Origin: a bacterium
GTDB taxonomy: Bacteria > BMS3Abin14
NCBI GenBank assembly: GCA_020349685.1
Contig: CP070698.1
Location: 440,549-453,067 of the forward strand
Direction of reading: 5' to 3'
Length of the DNA stretch: 12,519 nt
Shown: positions 1-5,477 of the stretch, piece by piece
Position numbering within the stretch: the first letter of the stretch is position 1
Layout: every line of letters begins with the position of its first letter
Translations under genes and position numbers: made by a program
Notes under the pieces: generated by a model
The model's input: only the letters and a program-made list of their open reading frames with translations
Database searches by the model: none
What the model was told of the DNA's origin: nothing

Positions 1-609
1 CCCGGTGGGACGGTCGTGGCCTACGTGAACACCTCGGCTGCGGTCAAGGCGGTCAGTGACATATGCTGCACCTCCGGAAACGCCGTGAACGTGGCCAGAT
101 CCCTTCCCCCCGAGGCCGACCCTCTCATCATGATCCCCGACATGAACCTCGCTCAGTACATCGCCACCAAGGTGGACCGGAAGATCGTCTGGCACGAAGG
201 GTACTGCCCCATTCACCACATGTACACTGCCGCCGATGTTCTGGAGGTCAAGGCCCTTCACCCCGACGCCGTCTTCGCCGCCCATCCGGAGTGCCGGCCG
301 GAGGTGCTCGAACTCGCCGACCACATCACCAGCACCTCAGGGATGTACGCCTTCGCCCGGGAATCGAAGGCAAAGAAGATCATCGTCGGGACGGAGAACG
401 GCGTTCTTTACAGGATGAGACTTGAAAACCCGGAGAAGACCTTTATTCCCCTTTCGGAAAATATGATCTGCCCCAACATGAAGCTGACCCGCCTGAAGGA
501 TGTCCGGGATGCCCTGGTGACCATGGAACCGGTGATCACCGTGCCTGAAGATATACGCGTAAAGGCAAAGCGGGCGCTCGACAGGATGCTGGCAGTGCCG
601 AGGGACTAG
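1..609 (+). CDS. nadA: Quinolinate synthase NadA (5'-truncated by window edge)
   Basis: The frame is open from base 1 (PGGTVVAYVNTSAAVKA). NadA motifs YVNT, DICCTSGNA, PDxNL, CPIH, HPEC, STSGM, GTE and CPNMK are present. Stop TAG at 607-609. Confidence 0.96.
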   Translation, partial: PGGTVVAYVNTSAAVKAVSDICCTSGNAVNVARSLPPEADPLIMIPDMNLAQYIATKVDRKIVWHEGYCPIHHMYTAADVLEVKALHPDAVFAAHPECRPEVLELADHITSTSGMYAFARESKAKKIIVGTENGVLYRMRLENPEKTFIPLSENMICPNMKLTRLKDVRDALVTMEPVITVPEDIRVKAKRALDRMLAVPRD

Positions 610-619
610 GAGGCACAAG

Positions 620-651
620 AGGGGGAGAGTGGGTGAGAGGGTGAGGGGGAG
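620..651 (+). repeat. Degenerate purine-rich 8-nt tandem repeat, 4 copies
   Basis: AGGGGGAG AGTGGGTG AGAGGGTG AGGGGGAG, starting 11 nt after the nadA stop. Confidence 0.7.
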
Positions 652-695
652 AAGAATCCCGGAAAATCATTTCTTAATGCTGTCGATACGCTGAG

Positions 696-721
696 AAAAA
701 CCTCCCGCTGGGAGGTTTTTT
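696..721. terminator. Bidirectional intrinsic terminator between convergent nadA and moaC
   Basis: AAAAA-CCTCCC-GCT-GGGAGG-TTTTTT: a perfect GC-rich stem with a U-tract available on both strands. Confidence 0.9.
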
Positions 722-753
722 GTTCGGAAGTTATTTCTTTGTGCCTAAACAGT

Positions 754-793
754 TCTTTCCCCCGCTCTCCCGCTCATCCATTCCCCCACTCCT
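754..793 (-). repeat. Degenerate purine-rich 8-nt tandem repeat, 5 copies (minus sense)
   Basis: The minus strand reads AGGAGTGG GGGAATGG ATGAGCGG GAGAGCGG GGGAAAGA, starting 11 nt after the moaC stop. Confidence 0.7.
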
Positions 794-803
794 GCTGCGA
801 ATA

Positions 804-1280
804 TCACTCCCCGTGATATTCGCCACTTTTCCCTCCCGCCTTGTGTACCAGCCGGATGTCGGTGACGCGGATGCCTTTTTCCAGGGACTTGAGCATGTCG
901 TAGACGGTGAGGGCAGCCACCGAAACAGCGGTCATGGCCTCCATCTCGACCCCGGTCCTGCCGGTGGTCGTGGCGGTGGCCTGTATGTGGATGCCGGGGA
1001 GATCTCTGTCGGGTGTGATCTCCACGCTCAGAGAGTCGATCCCGATGGGATGGGTCAGCGGAATGAGGTCGGATGTTTTTTTCCCGCCGGCGATCCCTGC
1101 GATGCGGGCCACGGCGAAAACGTCGCCTTTGGGAGCGCCACCTTCGAGGACCAGGCTCAGGGTTTCGGGTGAGATCAGGACTTCGGCTCTCGCGGTGGCG
1201 GTGCGATGGGTGGATTTCTTGTCGCCAACGTCCACCATCCTGGCGCGGCCCTTCTCGTCCAGGTGGGTCAGCTTTGTCAA
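804..1280 (-). CDS. moaC: Cyclic pyranopterin monophosphate synthase MoaC
   Basis: Motifs LTHLDEKGRARMVDV, KGDVFAVARIAGI, KKTSDLIPLTH, TGVEMEAMTAVSVAALTVYDMLKS and the C-terminal KAGGKSG. TTG start. Confidence 0.97.
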   Translation of the reverse strand: MTKLTHLDEKGRARMVDVGDKKSTHRTATARAEVLISPETLSLVLEGGAPKGDVFAVARIAGIAGGKKTSDLIPLTHPIGIDSLSVEITPDRDLPGIHIQATATTTGRTGVEMEAMTAVSVAALTVYDMLKSLEKGIRVTDIRLVHKAGGKSGEYHGE

Positions 1281-1284
1281 GAAA

Positions 1285-1632
1285 TTACCCCTCGTCCTCG
1301 CCCATGAAGCCGGTGATGATGCGTGCGGCCTCCTCGCTCAGATCCTGAAAAGCGATACCCAGCCCCACGTAATCATTGTCCAGATCCCTCATGTGGACGA
1401 TCTCACCCTTCACCTTGATGACGTGTTCCCTGATCCCCAGGATGACCTCCACCTCCTTGTTCTCGGAGGGCAGTGCCTGGGAGCACTCGAGCAGGATGCC
1501 GCCCTCGGAAAGATCCAGTGTCCGGCCCACGATCTCCAGGTCGACACGACCATCGGGGTCCTTGTGGCTCAAGGAAACAAGGTTGACGGTCTCCAGACGC
1601 TTGTGACGCGGTTTGGGCCGGTCCTTAGTCAA
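1285..1632 (-). CDS. Stand-alone PilZ-domain protein (putative c-di-GMP receptor)
   Basis: N-terminal Arg cluster RPKPRHKR, DLSEGG (DxSxxG), VKGEIVH and GLGIAF beta-strand patterns. TTG start preceded by the SD AAGGAGGA (1637-1644). Confidence 0.85.
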   Translation of the reverse strand: MTKDRPKPRHKRLETVNLVSLSHKDPDGRVDLEIVGRTLDLSEGGILLECSQALPSENKEVEVILGIREHVIKVKGEIVHMRDLDNDYVGLGIAFQDLSEEAARIITGFMGEDEG

Positions 1633-1710
1633 AGGGTCCTCCTTGGGCAGGTCGCGGGCGGGTCCCGGGTGGCTGGAACCGGCCCGGATCTTTCAAGTGA
1701 CAATGGCCGA

Positions 1711-1739
1711 GGGATAGCATATTTTCCCTTCTATTGCAA
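1711..1739 (-). promoter_or_regulatory. Candidate sigma-70 promoter for PilZ-moaC
   Basis: Minus strand TTGCAA-N17-TATCCC with an extended -10 TG. The -10 box is imperfect. Confidence 0.35.
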
Positions 1740-1758
1740 TTAGTTTGGCCGATTCCTT

Positions 1759-1787
1759 TTGACTTTGAAAGGTCGATTGGCTATATT
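1759..1787 (+). promoter_or_regulatory. Candidate sigma-70 promoter for yjbQ-oxidoreductase
   Basis: TTGACT (1759-1764)-N17-TATATT (1782-1787); each box matches the consensus at 5 of 6 positions. Confidence 0.6.
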
Positions 1788-1934
1788 CAACAGGTTTAAT
1801 AAAACAGATCTGGCAGTGTTTTTTGTATACCGTAATCTGCAGACAGAAGGTGCCTGAAATCTAATCCCGGACCCGGAATGGGAGCTTCACACCCCTGGTC
1901 TCTGGACCTATTGAAGATGTTGAACGGGAGGGGT

Positions 1935-2342
1935 ATGCAGAAGATCTCGCTATCCACAAGGCAAAGGGAAGTACTGGTGGACATAACCTCGTCGGTCCAG
2001 GAGGCCCTGAGGCAGACCGGCATTTCCTCCGGCATTTGCGTTCTTTACTGTCCCCACACCACCGCCGCGATCACCATCAACGAGGGGGCTGATCCTTCCG
2101 TCGCTCATGACATGGTCATGGGCCTGCGCCGCCTGATACCCGGAAACTGGGACTTTACACACATGGAAGGCAACTCCGACGCCCATATCAAGGCAAGCCT
2201 CATAGGCCCCTCCGTTACGGTCATTATAGATGTCGGAAGACCTGTCGTCGGTACCTGGCAGATGATCTTCTTCTGTGAATTCGACGGTCCCAGAAAAAGA
2301 GAGTTCTTCGTCAGGGTTCAGCCCGGGGAAAAGACAGGATGA
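1935..2342 (+). CDS. yjbQ: YjbQ/UPF0047 family protein (secondary thiamine-phosphate synthase-like)
   Basis: Motifs VDIT, PHTTAAITINEGADPSV, HxEGNSDAHIKASLIG and GTWQxIFFCEFDGPR. ATG 1935 is preferred over 1878 because of the SD-like GGGAGGGG just upstream and the typical family length. Confidence 0.92.
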   Translation: MQKISLSTRQREVLVDITSSVQEALRQTGISSGICVLYCPHTTAAITINEGADPSVAHDMVMGLRRLIPGNWDFTHMEGNSDAHIKASLIGPSVTVIIDVGRPVVGTWQMIFFCEFDGPRKREFFVRVQPGEKTG

Positions 2343-4294
2343 GCAGGGGATCGAGGCTGGAAGGCTACCGGGAATGTAACGTTTGCTCCGTCACCAACAA
2401 GATGGAGGCCAAGCAGTGTTTCCAGTGCACCGGTCGCCTGGATCTTAAGGACCTGCTCCTTCTGGAGGGGGAAAAGAGGTGGCGGCGACAGCGGGCGCCT
2501 GTCCTGTCGGCCCTTGTCCCCGGCCTTGGCCACTGGTACTCGGGGCGCCGGTATATCGGCACCTATTTCTTTGCCATGGCCCCCCTGAGCATCGGCCTCA
2601 TCCTGGCTACGTATCAGAAATGGAGCTGGGGACTCTCTGTCCTCACCCTGTCCTTCATTCTCGTCTGGCTTCTCGCTATTATCGATTCACGAAGAGGTCC
2701 CTACTACTTCCGGCCTCCGTGCCAGGTGGCCTGTCCGGGCAAGATACCGTGTTCCCACTACGTTCATCTTGCCGCGGCGGGGAAAGACCTCGAATCTCTG
2801 GAGCTGGTAGAGTCCATATGCCCGTTTCCGGGAACCATCGGGAGGATCTGCCATCACCCCTGCGAACAGGAGTGCAACCGCGGCAAGGACGGGGAAGAGG
2901 TGGCCATCTGCGCTCTCAAGCGGTTCGTGGACGACATGACGGACAGGCCCTACAATTTCTACCGCCGGGAGCTGGATAAGGGAACCAGACCTCTCGGGAG
3001 CAAGGTCGCTGTGGTAGGGGCCGGCCCCTCGGGTCTTACGGCGGCCCTTTACCTGAAGCTCTTCGGGTTCGACGTGACGGTCTTCGAGGGCCGGGATTTC
3101 GGGGGAGGGACACCGGCTGTCTACGCTCCGGAGTACAGGCTGCCTAAAAATGTTTACAAGCGTGAGGTGGACAGGATCCTGGAGCTCGACCTGGATCTGA
3201 GGTTCGGCATGAGGCTCGGGGAGGACTTTACCCTGGAAGATGTAGAAAAGGAAGGTTTCGAAGGCATCTACCTTGCCCTGGGGGCCATGCGGTCGGTCAA
3301 CCTGCCTCATACGGGAACCAAAGAGGAAGGGTTCCTGGATGGCAGAGACTTTCTGGAAGAGGTGGTTGCCGGTGACGGCGTTGAGCTTTCCGGGGAGGTC
3401 CTTGTTATCGGCGGCGGGAATGTGGCCATTGATGTGGCCCGCTCCGCTGTCCGGAGCGGCGCGGACAAAGTCAGCATCATCTGCCTGGAAAAGCGGCCCC
3501 AACCACAGGAAAAACAGTTTGTTTATGACAGGAACGAATGGCGGCGCGTCAAGGCCGACAAAATGGGCGAATTCATGCCTGCCCACCCCTGGGATATCGA
3601 TGAGGCGCTGGCCGAGGGTGTCGAGATCCTCGACAGCGGGGCCACCATATCCTTTGACAGGGAAGGCGGCAGGGTGACGCGTGCGCACTGTCTCAAGGTC
3701 GAGAGGATCGACAGGGATCCCCAGGGCAGGTTGATACCTGTGCTGACAGAAGACGCCGGGTTTACGGTCAGGGCAGACTGGGTCATCACAGCCGTAGGTT
3801 CCATACCGGACTTTAACTTTCTCGGAGGAGCGCCCAAAACCACCTCTGTCGTGGAGGGCCTCCCGCTGGTCACCCTTGAAGAGACCGCAGGGGTGTCCAT
3901 CCCTGTCCTGGCAGGAGGTGATCTGGCCGCTGGACCTGCATCCGTTATCGAGGCCATCGCTGCCGGCAAGGAGGCAGCCCTGCATTTTTATCGGAAACTG
4001 GCGGGCAGTCCCGAAGTCAGCATACGCTACAGGCCCCGGAAGACCATGGAGCCGTGGGCCAACTACGCCGACAGCCCTGATCGCAGAAGGCGCCGCCGTG
4101 AGATCACCATAGGGCGCCAGGAGAGGGTCTCCACCTTCAAGGAGGTCTCCGGGGGGTTCGCCGAAAAGCTTGCCAGGGAGGAAGCCGACCGCTGCATGCG
4201 CTGCGACTGGCCGCTTATGAGGGAGAGCAAGGTGAAGAAATTTTTCCGCAGTGTCACGAAGAGTGATTCGGCAAAAATTTCCTCACGTGTCTAG
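2339..4294 (+). CDS. GltD/NfnB-like FAD-dependent Fe-S oxidoreductase with N-terminal zinc ribbon and membrane domain
   Basis: PCQVACP...PFPGTIGRICHHPCEQECNR...ICALKRF (Fer4_20-type), Rossmann motifs VVGAGPSGL and VIGGGNVAID, GGDLAAGPASVIEAIAAG, and C-terminal EADRCMRC. The N-terminus has CNVC/CFQC, PGLGHWY and two hydrophobic helices. ATGA overlap with yjbQ. Confidence 0.9.
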   Translation: MSRGSRLEGYRECNVCSVTNKMEAKQCFQCTGRLDLKDLLLLEGEKRWRRQRAPVLSALVPGLGHWYSGRRYIGTYFFAMAPLSIGLILATYQKWSWGLSVLTLSFILVWLLAIIDSRRGPYYFRPPCQVACPGKIPCSHYVHLAAAGKDLESLELVESICPFPGTIGRICHHPCEQECNRGKDGEEVAICALKRFVDDMTDRPYNFYRRELDKGTRPLGSKVAVVGAGPSGLTAALYLKLFGFDVTVFEGRDFGGGTPAVYAPEYRLPKNVYKREVDRILELDLDLRFGMRLGEDFTLEDVEKEGFEGIYLALGAMRSVNLPHTGTKEEGFLDGRDFLEEVVAGDGVELSGEVLVIGGGNVAIDVARSAVRSGADKVSIICLEKRPQPQEKQFVYDRNEWRRVKADKMGEFMPAHPWDIDEALAEGVEILDSGATISFDREGGRVTRAHCLKVERIDRDPQGRLIPVLTEDAGFTVRADWVITAVGSIPDFNFLGGAPKTTSVVEGLPLVTLEETAGVSIPVLAGGDLAAGPASVIEAIAAGKEAALHFYRKLAGSPEVSIRYRPRKTMEPWANYADSPDRRRRRREITIGRQERVSTFKEVSGGFAEKLAREEADRCMRCDWPLMRESKVKKFFRSVTKSDSAKISSRV

Positions 4295-4321
4295 GAAATT
4301 GCCGTGACTCGTGATTCGTGA
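4254..4321 (+). other. Long imperfect inverted repeat spanning the oxidoreductase stop codon
   Basis: TCACGAA...CGGC...AATTTCCT (4254-4283) pairs with AGGAAATT-GCCG...TTCGTGA (4293-4321). Confidence 0.5.
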
Positions 4322-4323
4322 AA
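4303..4323 (+). repeat. 7-nt tandem repeat CGTGANW, 3 copies
   Basis: CGTGACT CGTGATT CGTGAAA, starting 9 nt after the stop at 4294. Confidence 0.6.
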
Positions 4324-4395
4324 AGCAGTAAGATTGGTATAAAGAACGGTTATCTCAAAACCTTTTTCCCACGATACGCCGATGCGATTGTTCCT

Positions 4396-4451
4396 TTCTG
4401 ACTTCTGACTTCTGACTTCTGACTTCTGAATTCTGACCTCTGACCTCTGAG
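4396..4451. repeat. 7-nt tandem repeat (YTCTGAC), 8 copies
   Basis: TTCTGAC x4, TTCTGAA, TTCTGAC, CTCTGAC, CTCTGAG. Confidence 0.95.
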
Positions 4452-4463
4452 TGCTCATCCGGA

Positions 4464-4545
4464 GGAGACACCAGACGCCAGACACCAGACACTAGAACTA
4501 GACACTGGAAATCAGGCGCCAGACGCCAGAGCTGGAACCTGAATT
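4464..4545. repeat. Degenerate 7-nt tandem repeat (CCAGACR), about 12 units
   Basis: GGAGACA CCAGACG CCAGACA CCAGACA CTAGAA CTAGACA CTGGAAA TCAGGCG CCAGACG CCAGAG CTGGAAC CTGAATT; it abuts the beta-barrel gene stop. Confidence 0.85.
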
Positions 4546-4547
4546 TT

Positions 4548-5477
4548 TCACCACGTGTGCACCAAGTTCATTTCACCGTAGATGTAGCGTTCACCGCCTC
4601 CTGTGCTCTGAGCGGTGGTATAGCCCAGGCGTCCTTCCATCCCGAACTCCTGGGTGAACCATCCCTTGATCCTGCCCTCCGCCAGAAAGGCCGGTTTTGT
4701 GTCGTCAGTGCCGTTGTGGCCGTCGATCATCTGGATTCCAGGCCCCAGCAGAGCTTTGAACACCCAGTTGTCGTCCGCGAAGGGGCGGGCTGCCTGGAAA
4801 AGAAAATAATATTCTGTCAGTTTTTCAGGGCTGAAGTAACCGGTGCCGTTAAAGTCGCTGTCGATCATGCGCATCTTGAGCTGGAAATTCATGTGATCCT
4901 GCCCTCGCGGAACATAGATCACCCTTCCCACCTTCCCGAAACGGTTGTTGCCGTCCGTTATATCCTGGGTAAACAGAGCCCCCACCAGGGTGAACTCCTG
5001 GTTGATCTTGTAATCTGCCGAAAGGCCGTAGGTGTCGATGAGATACTCGAGCCGCACGGAAGTCACCGTATCGACGATACTGCGCTCACCAAACACCTCC
5101 AGGTACCACCGGTCATCCGGCCTGTAGTGGAGGTTCCCGGAGTAAAGCCAGGGTGACCAGTCGCCCCACAGCTTCTTTGTCTTGAGATCCAGTCCGGCTC
5201 CTTCGAAGGGCCTGGATCGATAGCCCAGCTCAAGGGTGTTGAAGCGCTCCCTTCCCAGCGGGTCGGAAAGGATCAGCAGGCCGGCCTTGAAACCGATCCA
5301 GGAACCGGAACGGGAACCGCCTATGGGATGACGATAACCGGCGGCTGCTGCGTAAAGGTCGGCGGCGTTGCTGTCATGGGAAAATTCGGCATCTCCCGTC
5401 ACTTCGGCCTTCAGCGGAAGGGGCCCTGCCAGGATCACCGAGGCAGCCAGCAGCCAGATCATCAGGATGCGGTTCAT
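4548..5477 (-). CDS. Outer-membrane beta-barrel protein, putative polysaccharide export porin (309 aa)
   Basis: The likely start is ATG 5477 (ATGA overlap with the GT2 stop), giving signal peptide MNRILMIWLLAASVILAGPLPLKA. Alternating amphipathic aromatic strands, a GYFSP motif, and C-terminal MNLVHTW (terminal aromatic, BAM-type beta signal). Confidence 0.8.
   Translation of the reverse strand: MNRILMIWLLAASVILAGPLPLKAEVTGDAEFSHDSNAADLYAAAAGYRHPIGGSRSGSWIGFKAGLLILSDPLGRERFNTLELGYRSRPFEGAGLDLKTKKLWGDWSPWLYSGNLHYRPDDRWYLEVFGERSIVDTVTSVRLEYLIDTYGLSADYKINQEFTLVGALFTQDITDGNNRFGKVGRVIYVPRGQDHMNFQLKMRMIDSDFNGTGYFSPEKLTEYYFLFQAARPFADDNWVFKALLGPGIQMIDGHNGTDDTKPAFLAEGRIKGWFTQEFGMEGRLGYTTAQSTGGGERYIYGEMNLVHTW

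Noticed and set aside
611-746. AGGCACAAGA (611-620) and TCTTTGTGCCT (736-746) as MITE terminal inverted repeats
   Set aside because: Only about 10 bp, imperfect, and with no target-site duplication seen.
1811-1827. TGGCAG...TTGTA as a sigma-54 promoter for yjbQ
   Set aside because: The spacing is off by one and the -12 GC is absent.
4396-4545. Repeat region as a CRISPR array, or the 64-aa ORF 4291..4485 (SEVRSQK repeats) as a gene
   Set aside because: The units are 7 nt with no spacers and there are no cas genes. The ORF is simply the translation of the tandem repeat.
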